Part shown: positions 24,814 through 32,000 of the stretch, piece after piece | How the letters are laid out: each line of letters begins with the position of its first letter | How positions within the stretch are numbered: the stretch's first letter is position 1 | Source of the DNA: Ktedonobacterales bacterium | Lineage (GTDB): Bacteria > Chloroflexota > Ktedonobacteria > Ktedonobacterales > JADMIN01 | Reading direction: 5' to 3' | Length of the DNA stretch: 32,000 bases | Assembly (NCBI GenBank): GCA_030167145.1 | Contig: CP126532.1 | Span: 690,001 to 722,000 of the forward strand | Notes under the pieces: model-generated | What the model saw: the letters and a program-made list of their open reading frames with translations, nothing else | Databases searched by the model: none | Told to the model about the DNA's origin: nothing | Translations under genes and position numbers: made by a program

Positions 24814-25182
24814 CTTTTAGTACTTTTGGCGCGCGAATTCTCGCGTTGTAACGGTGGGACGAACCTCCTAGAAGACATCTCGTTTCACCTCTGCAACCTG
24901 CCGCTAGGGCTATACATAACATCGCGCCACAAGGGAGATTGGGAGAAGCGAGAGGCGAAGCTATTCAACAGTCACCTTTCACTTCTCCTTCGCTTTATCT
25001 TGCGCGGGGTAGTCATATCGGTCCCGCGATATGTCATCCGCGACTTATAATTGAAGTGCTTCCAGCAGGATGCGGCGTAGCGCCAGAGATGAGGAAGTCT
25101 CTGGCGTATCAATATGCGCAGGCCGTCCGTGCTGAAAATCCTGCCCCTTTGGCTGTTACCGAGAGAGAGGAACCTACCGTCT

Positions 25183-27099
25183 ATGGAACCAGGGCACCGT
25201 CCTGCGGCGCCGCAGAGCTCGCCGAAGAAGTCGCCGAAACTGCCACCGATGCGCAATCCCCGCGCGATCATATTGGTAGCCGTCGGCTCAGCGATTCTCG
25301 TCGCCGCCATCGTCCTCGCCAGCATCAATCTCGCCGGGCGCTCGCAGAGCGCGGCTGTGCGCCAGACCAATATAAGCCAAGTGCTCAGCCTGGTGGATCA
25401 GCACAAAGTGCGCTCCGCTGTGCTCGACGGCAACCAGATTACCGTCACTGCGAACGACGGCACGCAATATAGCGCCACCAAGGAAGATGGCCAGCAACTT
25501 ACCCAATATCTGCGCGACCATGGCGTAGCCAATATCAAAGTCCCCCCGCAGAGTGCGGGGACGCCGGGATGGGCGCAACTGACGATGGAACTGGCGCTCT
25601 TCGGGGTGCTGGGAGTGCTGATCTTCTTGCTGATGCGCCGCAACTCCAGCGGCGGCGCGGGCCAGGCGGTACCCTTCGGGCGCAGCAAGGCCGTGCGTTT
25701 CAACGAGACACACCCGACGGTGATGTTCAAAGATGTCGCGGGTGTCGAAGAGGCGAAGGACGAACTGCAAGAGATCGTGCATTTCCTCAAGTACCCGGAG
25801 AAGTTCCGCAAGATGGGCGCGCGCATTCCCAAGGGCGTCCTGCTGGTGGGGCCGCCGGGAACGGGTAAGACGCTGATCTCGCGGGCGGTGGCCGGTGAAG
25901 CGGGTGTCGCGTTCTATAGTGTCAGCGGTTCAGAGTTCGTCGAGATGTTCGTCGGCGTCGGCGCGAGCCGGGTGCGCGATCTCTTCAAGATGGCCAAGGA
26001 GAATGCTCCCTGCATCATCTTCATTGACGAGATTGACGCCGTTGGCCGCCAGCGCGGCGGTATGCCGACCACCGGCAACGACGAACGCGAGCAGACCTTG
26101 AACCAATTGCTCGTCGAGATGGATGGCTTCGATAAGCACGATAACGTTGTAGTCATCGGCGCCACCAACCGGCCCGACGTGCTGGATCAGGCGTTGCTGC
26201 GGCCGGGCCGCTTCGACCGGCAGGTGATGCTGGAGAAGCCCGACCTCAACGGGCGCATCCAGATTCTGGATGTGCATGCCGAAGGCAAGCCGCTCGCGCC
26301 CACGGTCAGCATGGACCGGCTCGCACGGCAGACCACCGGCATGTCGGGCGCGGACCTCGCCAACGTGCTCAACGAAGCGGCGCTGCTCGCCGCGCGGCGC
26401 GACCGCGAGCTAATCGAGCAGCATGACCTCGAAGAATCCATCTTGCGAGTGATGGCCGGCCCAGAGCGCAAGAGTCACGTGCTCACCGAAGCTGAAAAGG
26501 CGATTGTCGCCTATCATGAGATGGGCCACGCGATTGTGATGCGTCGCATGCCCGGCTGCGATCAGGTGCAGAAGGTTTCCACGGTCTCGCGCGGCATGGC
26601 GCTGGGCATCACCGTGCAGGCGCCTACCGAGGACCGCTCGCTGCTGCGCAAGTCGGAACTGCTGGCGAAGCTGGCCGGGCTAATGGGTGGCCGTGCCGCG
26701 GAAGAGATCATCTTTGGCGACATCACCACCGGCGCTGCGCAAGACATCAAGCAGGCGACAAGCATCGCGCGGCGTATGGTGCGCGAGTTCGGTATGAGTC
26801 CCCTGGGCAACGTGCTGATGGAAGACGATAGCATCGGCCCGCAGCTTGCCGCCAAGGTGGATACTGAGGTGCAGTATCTGGTGGATCAGGCGTATGCGAC
26901 GGCCAAGGATATTCTGGAGCGCGACCGCGACAAGCTGGTGGAGATTTCAGAGCATCTGATGCAGGTCGAGACGATTGATGGCGGCGAGCTAGACCGCCTG
27001 CTCTTCAGGGAGACGACGCTAAGGGTGCTCCACACTGCCGAGGAAGAAGACACCGAAGACGAGCGCGTCACGCTCGAAGAGGTGGGCAGCCTCGCGTAA
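25183..27099 (+). CDS. ftsH: ATP-dependent zinc metalloprotease FtsH
   Basis: Walker A (GPPGTGKT), Walker B (IIFIDEIDA), second region of homology ([19 protein letters not shown]) and HEMGHA zinc site, with two N-terminal TM segments. The start is uncertain: ATG 25183 has GAGAGAGAGG upstream, and the alternatives are 25114 and 25249. Confidence 0.93.
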   Translation: MEPGHRPAAPQSSPKKSPKLPPMRNPRAIILVAVGSAILVAAIVLASINLAGRSQSAAVRQTNISQVLSLVDQHKVRSAVLDGNQITVTANDGTQYSATKEDGQQLTQYLRDHGVANIKVPPQSAGTPGWAQLTMELALFGVLGVLIFLLMRRNSSGGAGQAVPFGRSKAVRFNETHPTVMFKDVAGVEEAKDELQEIVHFLKYPEKFRKMGARIPKGVLLVGPPGTGKTLISRAVAGEAGVAFYSVSGSEFVEMFVGVGASRVRDLFKMAKENAPCIIFIDEIDAVGRQRGGMPTTGNDEREQTLNQLLVEMDGFDKHDNVVVIGATNRPDVLDQALLRPGRFDRQVMLEKPDLNGRIQILDVHAEGKPLAPTVSMDRLARQTTGMSGADLANVLNEAALLAARRDRELIEQHDLEESILRVMAGPERKSHVLTEAEKAIVAYHEMGHAIVMRRMPGCDQVQKVSTVSRGMALGITVQAPTEDRSLLRKSELLAKLAGLMGGRAAEEIIFGDITTGAAQDIKQATSIARRMVREFGMSPLGNVLMEDDSIGPQLAAKVDTEVQYLVDQAYATAKDILERDRDKLVEISEHLMQVETIDGGELDRLLFRETTLRVLHTAEEEDTEDERVTLEEVGSLA

Positions 27100-27123
27100 G
27101 CGCGCATCGTTTCTCTCTCTCTA

Positions 27124-27178
27124 ACACAACACATCCCCGGTGTTCCGTTCATAACGGAGCGCCGGGGATGTGTTGTGT
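27124..27178 (+). terminator. Large perfect hairpin downstream of ftsH (candidate U-tract-less terminator or other structured element)
   Basis: ACACAACACATCCCCGG (27124-27140) pairs perfectly (17 bp) with CCGGGGATGTGTTGTGT (27162-27178). A nested 6-bp stem, TCCGTT/AACGGA, sits in the loop. No T-tract follows. Confidence 0.4.
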
Positions 27179-27332
27179 GGGCGCGGCCACCACAGCGCCT
27201 ACACACGGGCCACGCCAGAATCCGCCAGCAGTTCATCGCTCAGCAGGCGCAGGCGCCAGCAGATGGCAGCAGATGGCTGGCGGCTCAACGTACTCCGGCG
27301 CCCAGGTAGGGAACGCACATCTTCCTGCCCTC

Positions 27333-27361
27333 TTGACAGATTCGACACTCGTCAGTAGACT
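27333..27361 (+). promoter_or_regulatory. Promoter TTGACA-17-TAGACT of the GntR-ABC operon
   Basis: TTGACA at 27333-27338, a 17-nt spacer, and TAGACT at 27356-27361. It overlaps the inverted-repeat operator candidate. Confidence 0.55.
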
Positions 27362-27390
27362 AGTGCTATAGTACTAACTTAATAGCACTA
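27361..27390. promoter_or_regulatory. Candidate YtrA/GntR operator: 9-bp perfect inverted repeat plus a 16-bp near-palindrome
   Basis: TAGTGCTAT (27361-27369) and ATAGCACTA (27382-27390) are exact reverse complements 12 bp apart. TAGTGCTATAGTACTA (27361-27376) is itself a 16-bp palindrome with one mismatched pair. The site lies at or just downstream of the -10, about 35 nt upstream of the regulator gene. Confidence 0.55.
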
Positions 27391-27424
27391 TGATGCGCGG
27401 AGGATCACCGACGAAGAGAGTAGG

Positions 27425-27832
27425 GTGCGTGTGATCAAGTTCTATTTGGATACCGGCTCCGGAACACCGCCGTATCTGCAGATCGTCCAGCAGGTGAAGC
27501 AAGCGTTACGCCTGGGCATGCTCGAAAAGGGAGACCAAGTGCCCACAGTACGCGAAGTTGTCGCGCAGTTGGTTATCAATCCGAACACGGTGCTCAAGGC
27601 CTACCGTGAGCTGGAGCGCGAGGGGTTACTGGTCAGCCGACCAGGGTTGGGTACCTTCGTCCTCAAGACGCTGGAGACCTCATCGCCTGCCAGCCACGCG
27701 GCACTGCGACGGTCGCTGGGGCGCTGGCTGCAGAGCGCACGCGAGGCTGGGCTGGATGAAGAGAGCATCCTGGCGCTCTTCACTACCACCTTTCATGGTA
27801 CACAGCCGCGAGAGAGCGAGGGAACAGCATGA
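27425..27832 (+). CDS. GntR-family transcriptional regulator, YtrA subfamily (short effector domain)
   Basis: N-terminal winged-HTH pattern (PPYLQIVQQVKQALRLGMLEKGDQVPTVREVVAQLVINPNTVLKAYRELEREGLLVSRPGLGTFV) and a short C-terminal part typical of YtrA-type regulators. The start is GTG 27425 or GTG 27431. Confidence 0.85.
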   Translation: MRVIKFYLDTGSGTPPYLQIVQQVKQALRLGMLEKGDQVPTVREVVAQLVINPNTVLKAYRELEREGLLVSRPGLGTFVLKTLETSSPASHAALRRSLGRWLQSAREAGLDEESILALFTTTFHGTQPRESEGTA

Positions 27833-28791
27833 GCAATGCGCTAGAAACCGCGCAGCTTGGCCGGCGCTACGGCCGCGTGTGGGCGCTGCAAGATTGCACG
27901 CTGGCGCTGCCCGCCGGGCGCATCGTGGCGCTGGTCGGGCCCAATGGCGCGGGCAAGACGACTTTCTTGCACCTGGCGGTCGGGCTGCTGCGGCCAACGG
28001 CTGGCTCGGTCAGCGTGTTCGGCCATTCGCCGCAGCGCGAGCCGCTGACCGTACTGCCGCGCGTCGGCTTCGTCGCCCAGGACCACCCGCTCTACAAAGA
28101 GTTCACCGTCAACGACCACCTCACGCTCGGCCGCAAGCTGAACCGAAGGTGGGATGAAGCGTACGCGGTGAGTCGCCTCAATCAGTTCGGAATTCCGCTC
28201 ACCCGCGCGGCGGGCAAGCTCTCCGGCGGGCAGCAGGCGCAGGTGGCGCTGGCGCTGGGGATGGCCAAGCGCCCTGAGCTGGCGCTGCTGGATGAGCCGC
28301 TGGCCAGCCTCGACCCACTGGCACGACGCGACTTCTTGCGCGCGCTGATGGATGTGGCCGTCGCCGATGGGCTGACCGTCGTGCTTTCTTCGCATCTGAT
28401 CACCGACCTGGAGCGCGTCTGTGACTACCTCGTTGTCCTCTCCCATTCGCGCGTCGCGCTGATCGGCGATATCGAGGAGATCGTGCGCACGCACAAGCGA
28501 CTGGTCGGCCCGCGCACTGACCACACTGCTGTCGCCGCCGTCCACAACGTCATCGAGGAGAGCCATACCGCGCGCCAGACGACGCTGCTGGTCCGTGTCA
28601 ACGGACATATCTTCGACCCGGCCTGGGAGATCGCCGACGTGACGCTGGAAGACATCGTGCTGGCGTACATGGGCCAGGCGCGGGCCAGTGTGTCGGAGGC
28701 CAGCGGCGGCGGGATGGGCGGGCCATGGCGCTCCCCGCTTGATGACGAGAAACATGATGAGGAGCGTGATGAGAGCGAGGTGACGCGATGA
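27829..28791 (+). CDS. ABC transporter ATP-binding protein
   Basis: Walker A (GPNGAGKTT), signature (LSGGQQ) and Walker B (LALLDEP). The start overlaps the regulator stop as ATGA (27829-27832). It has an acidic C-terminal tail. Confidence 0.9.
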   Translation: MSNALETAQLGRRYGRVWALQDCTLALPAGRIVALVGPNGAGKTTFLHLAVGLLRPTAGSVSVFGHSPQREPLTVLPRVGFVAQDHPLYKEFTVNDHLTLGRKLNRRWDEAYAVSRLNQFGIPLTRAAGKLSGGQQAQVALALGMAKRPELALLDEPLASLDPLARRDFLRALMDVAVADGLTVVLSSHLITDLERVCDYLVVLSHSRVALIGDIEEIVRTHKRLVGPRTDHTAVAAVHNVIEESHTARQTTLLVRVNGHIFDPAWEIADVTLEDIVLAYMGQARASVSEASGGGMGGPWRSPLDDEKHDEERDESEVTR

Positions 28792-29828
28792 TCTGGCTCG
28801 TCTGGCGACGACATCGGCTGGGCATACTGGCGCTCACACTCCTGGCCCTGGCGTTGGCGGTCTACCTCGTCATCGGCAGTTGGCCTGCGCGCGCCGCATA
28901 TTACCAGGTGACCAACGGTCAAAGCCCCGCCTCATGCTATGCCAGCCAGAGCACGAGCACGCTCTGCACGCAACTGACAGCCCAGTGGCGCGACACATAT
29001 GATGACCCGGGCGACGTGCTTGGGTGGCTGGGGATATTGATTGCGCCTGCGGTGTTGGGCATGTTCCTTGGCGCGCCGTTAGTGGCGGACGAGCTTGAGA
29101 GCGGGACGCAGCGCCTGGCCTGGACACAAGGTGTCACCCGTCGGCGCTGGCTGCTGACGCTAATCGCCTCCGAGGCAATCGTCGCGCTCCTGCTGGCGGG
29201 TGTAGTCCAGGTAGCCGTCTGGTACTGGCTCGGCTCCTACCCACCGGACGGCAACGGCTTTGGCGCATTCGACATGATGGGCATGGCGCCGCTGGCCTAC
29301 GTCGCCTTCGCGCTGATGCTGGGGCTGGCGATGGGCGCGCTCGTGCGGCGGGTTGTCCCGGCGATGCTGCTCACACTGGTGGGCTATCTCGCGGTCCGCA
29401 TCCCTATCGTTCTCTACGCCCGCCCGCACTATCTGCCGCCGCTCACCCTCACCTGGGATCCGTATGTCACGCCGAACCCGCGGATACAGCCGGGCAGCCA
29501 GGATTGGGTAGTCTCCGGTGGGTGGCTGGACTCGACGGGGAAACCGATTGGCCGAGGCGACTTCTTCGCCAGAGTATTCGGGGCGGGTGGCCCCAGACCG
29601 GGACCGAACTACTGCACGCCAATGGGGCAGCCGGACGCGAATATCGGCACCGATTTTAACGGCTGGAACACGCTCTGCACGCACAATTACGGCTGGCACT
29701 ATCAGACTGTCTGGCAGCCTGCGGATCGCTTCTGGCTTTTCCAGGGGATCGAGTGTGCACTGTTCCTCGCGCTGGCGGTGGCGCTGGTGGCGCTGACGCT
29801 CTGGCTGGTGCGGAGGGTACTGGCATGA
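28788..29828 (+). CDS. ABC-2-type transporter permease (paralog 1)
   Basis: About 6 TM segments with the motif LESGTQRLAWTQGVTRRRW after TM2. ATGA overlap with the ATPase stop (28788-28791). Clearly paralogous to the next gene. Confidence 0.7.
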   Translation: MIWLVWRRHRLGILALTLLALALAVYLVIGSWPARAAYYQVTNGQSPASCYASQSTSTLCTQLTAQWRDTYDDPGDVLGWLGILIAPAVLGMFLGAPLVADELESGTQRLAWTQGVTRRRWLLTLIASEAIVALLLAGVVQVAVWYWLGSYPPDGNGFGAFDMMGMAPLAYVAFALMLGLAMGALVRRVVPAMLLTLVGYLAVRIPIVLYARPHYLPPLTLTWDPYVTPNPRIQPGSQDWVVSGGWLDSTGKPIGRGDFFARVFGAGGPRPGPNYCTPMGQPDANIGTDFNGWNTLCTHNYGWHYQTVWQPADRFWLFQGIECALFLALAVALVALTLWLVRRVLA

Positions 29829-30856
29829 CCTGGGTCACATTCCGGCGCTTCCGCTTCGAGCTGGTCACGCTGACGGTGGCGCTGGCGGCGCTGGCGGCCT
29901 GGCTCATCGGTACCGGGCTGCAGCACTACGCCGCCTTCGATGTCCCCTATGTCGGCCCAATCAGCGCCGCCGCCTGCGCGCGACAGATCCCGCAGCCGCA
30001 GCCAAACAGCGAGTGCTACAACATCCTCACGACCTACCTGAACCAGTTTCAGGGCGACGGGGGAAATCCGTTGTTGAGCATGTTGTTGAGCAATACGCTC
30101 CATTTCCTCATCGCGCTCGTTCCGGCCCTGGTGGGGGCGATGCTCGGCGGGCCGCTGATCGCTCGCGAGTTGGAGCGTGGCACCTTCCGGTTGGTGTGGG
30201 CGCAGGGCATAACGCGCGGCAGGTGGCTGTGGGGTAGCGTCATCGCGGCGACGCTGGCGACCATCGCGCTGGTTGGAGCAATCACGCTGGTCGTCACATG
30301 GTGGAGTGCGCCATTGGACCAGATCGTCGGGCACTTCTCAGGCGGGTTCGAGATGGAAGGGCTTGTGCCGCTGGCGTATGCGCTGTTCGCGCTCGCGCTG
30401 GGAATCGCGCTGGGACTGATCGTGCGCTCAAGCGTGCCAGCGCTCTTCATAACACTGCTGGGCTTCTTCCTCGTCCGCTCTCTTATCACCCAACTGGCTA
30501 CCCAACTGTACGCCTACTTCATGCCACCGCTCACCATCACCTATGACTCGTCAATCGCAGTACCGCCGACTGGCCCGCAGATGCGCGACTGGGTGACCTC
30601 GTCGGGGTTTGTGGACCACTTCGGCGATCCAGTGAGTCAGGACCTGATCAACGGGATCTGTGGAGCGAACGACCCCACCACTGCGGGCAACCCCACGTCA
30701 GCTTGTGTGCATGCTCACGGCTGGTTGTACACCGTGACGTGGCAGCCCGATTCACGGTTTTGGGCATATCAAGGCATCGAGTCGGCAATCTATCTCGCGC
30801 TGGCACTGGCGGTGCTGGCAGTGGCAATCTGGTGGGTGAGGCGGCGGCCCGTGTGA
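29825..30856 (+). CDS. ABC-2-type transporter permease (paralog 2)
   Basis: I prefer ATG 29825 (ATGA overlap with the stop at 29828) over the track start at 29753. It aligns along its length with paralog 1 (LERGTFRLVWAQGITRGRW; WLYTVTWQPDSRFWAYQGIE versus WHYQTVWQPADRFWLFQGIE). Confidence 0.7.
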   Translation: MTWVTFRRFRFELVTLTVALAALAAWLIGTGLQHYAAFDVPYVGPISAAACARQIPQPQPNSECYNILTTYLNQFQGDGGNPLLSMLLSNTLHFLIALVPALVGAMLGGPLIARELERGTFRLVWAQGITRGRWLWGSVIAATLATIALVGAITLVVTWWSAPLDQIVGHFSGGFEMEGLVPLAYALFALALGIALGLIVRSSVPALFITLLGFFLVRSLITQLATQLYAYFMPPLTITYDSSIAVPPTGPQMRDWVTSSGFVDHFGDPVSQDLINGICGANDPTTAGNPTSACVHAHGWLYTVTWQPDSRFWAYQGIESAIYLALALAVLAVAIWWVRRRPV

Positions 30857-31049
30857 TCTGGCTTGCCTGGCGGCAGCGTTGCTTTGGGCTGCGCGCGCTA
30901 CTTCCGGCTCACTAAGGTACGCCTACCGCCAGCTTCTCGCTGGGCTGAATATTTGGTGGCGAGAAGTGGCCTGCCATTTCGCGCGCACGATCGGTATACT
31001 TTCAGCAGAAAGCGGGCGAAAGCGAGGTCTGCCCGGCCGGGTGAGCGCG

Positions 31050-31553
31050 ATGAATGCACAACTGGCGCCGTTGAACCTGTGGAGCCAACTGATGTTTGGC
31101 TATGCGCTGCTAATGGCGATGGAAGCGCCGATCCTGCTCTTCGTCACGCACTACAAGCAACGCCCCTGGTATCAACAACTGCTGACGCTGACGCCAGCTA
31201 TCACGTTCGTATGGACCTGGAACGCCGCGCTCCACGCGCGCGATACCTATTCCTATTGGCTCAGCTATCTTCGCTTTCAAGCGGACCGCTATCCAGCAAC
31301 GTTTGCGCCCGCGTTCGCGCGTGACTCACCGCCTGAGATACACGCATCGGTCACGGACATCACACGCCACGGATGGATTGCCGTCGCGCTCATGGCAGGA
31401 ATGCTGGCCCTCGGCTGGGCAATGCTTTTGCGCTGGCGGCTGCCACAGGCAGGACAACCGACGACAGACGCAAGCACGCCAGCGACAGTACACAGCGAAG
31501 AAGACGAAGCTGGCACGCTCGAAATTACAGTCGAACCAATTGACATGCAATAG
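31050..31553 (+). CDS. Hypothetical small membrane protein
   Basis: Hydrophobic segments include LWSQLMFGYALLMAMEAPILLF, LLTLTPAITFVWTW and WIAVALMAGMLALGWAMLL, followed by an acidic C-terminus. The start is uncertain: ATG 31050 or GTG 31041, while the track start 30879 looks over-extended. No family recognised. Confidence 0.45.
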   Translation: MNAQLAPLNLWSQLMFGYALLMAMEAPILLFVTHYKQRPWYQQLLTLTPAITFVWTWNAALHARDTYSYWLSYLRFQADRYPATFAPAFARDSPPEIHASVTDITRHGWIAVALMAGMLALGWAMLLRWRLPQAGQPTTDASTPATVHSEEDEAGTLEITVEPIDMQ

Positions 31554-31677
31554 CCACCGCTGATGATTTCTTGGCACGCATAATCTTCGATGCAACCGCG
31601 CGGCCTATCTGGCGTAAGTACGTGCGGATACCTACGCCGGAGTGCGGGTATAACCACCTTGTCGAAGAGGGGATCAG

Positions 31678-32000
31678 ATGAGCTACCAACCCAATCCACC
31701 GCAGCTTCTGCCGACCAACATCCTCGATGGGCAGGCGCCGGGCCTGCGGTATCGCATCCAGGGCGAGCTGGTGCCGGTGCTGCACCTCTGGCTGGATGGC
31801 AGCGTGCCAGTGTTCTTCGAGCATCACGTCGTGCTCTGGAAAGACCCCGCACTTGAGATTGGGCTACACACAATGCGCGGCGCGTTCAAGCGGGCGCTCG
31901 CCGGTATGCCGATCTTTCTGACCGAGGCGCGTGGTCCAGGCGAAGTGGCGTTTTCGCGCGATGGCGCGGGACATGTCTTCCCGATTCACCTGACGCCAGG
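31678..32000 (+). CDS. AIM24 / TIGR00266 (DUF124)-like protein, N-terminal part; runs off the 3' end of the window
   Basis: Not in the ORF track because no stop is reached. ATG 31678 has GAAGAGGGG about 6 nt upstream. The translation MSYQPNPPQLLPTNILDGQAPGLRYRIQGELVPVLHLWLDGSVPVFFEHHVVLWKDPALEI... resembles the N-terminal beta-strand pattern of AIM24-family proteins. The call is from recollection. Confidence 0.5.
   Translation, partial: MSYQPNPPQLLPTNILDGQAPGLRYRIQGELVPVLHLWLDGSVPVFFEHHVVLWKDPALEIGLHTMRGAFKRALAGMPIFLTEARGPGEVAFSRDGAGHVFPIHLTP

Noticed and set aside
1-32000. Looked for CRISPR repeats, rRNA/tRNA genes, transposase/integrase genes, terminal inverted repeats, and toxin-antitoxin or known defence-system gene pairs
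   Set aside because: I found none by reading both strands. The only repeats seen are short (9-17 nt) hairpin arms, a 9-nt direct repeat, the two paralogous permease genes, and intragenic duplications.

Overview
This is a GC-rich bacterial chromosomal segment. Most genes run about 65-67% G+C by my own 60-nt line counts, with a few visibly AT-richer patches. The gene content suggests Chloroflexota, mainly because of a giant two-module DUF2298 / Chlor_Arch_YYY-type membrane protein; this taxonomic call is inference only.

I call 23 protein genes plus one candidate leader peptide:
- Housekeeping genes: typA, pyrG, ftsH, aroC, a class I-beta DAHP synthase and a class B PBP.
- Transport genes: an MFS transporter, and a YtrA-type GntR regulator with an ABC ATPase and two paralogous permeases joined by ATGA overlaps.
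- Others: an orphan receiver-only response regulator, HAD and MBL-fold hydrolases, a minimal beta-carbonic-anhydrase-like protein, and several hypothetical membrane proteins.

I saw no rRNA, tRNA, CRISPR array, transposase/integrase or prophage genes. Several promoters share one grammar (TTGAC-N17/18-TATACT or TATCAT), and there are clear intrinsic terminators.

The most interesting signal sits on the minus strand between the giant gene and the DAHP synthase gene. A near-consensus promoter drives an almost leaderless 27-codon ORF containing Tyr-Trp-Trp-Tyr, followed by a clean intrinsic terminator about 200 nt upstream of aroF. This looks like an aromatic-amino-acid attenuator, but I could not resolve its mechanism by eye.

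Secondary points of interest:
- the PBP plus giant GT-C-like tandem;
- a zinc-ribbon / His-rich / tandem HTH-like-repeat protein upstream of ftsH;
- a compositionally atypical membrane protein with bPH-like and lectin-like parts;
- several unusually long, structured intergenic regions.

All family assignments come from recalled motifs, not from searches.
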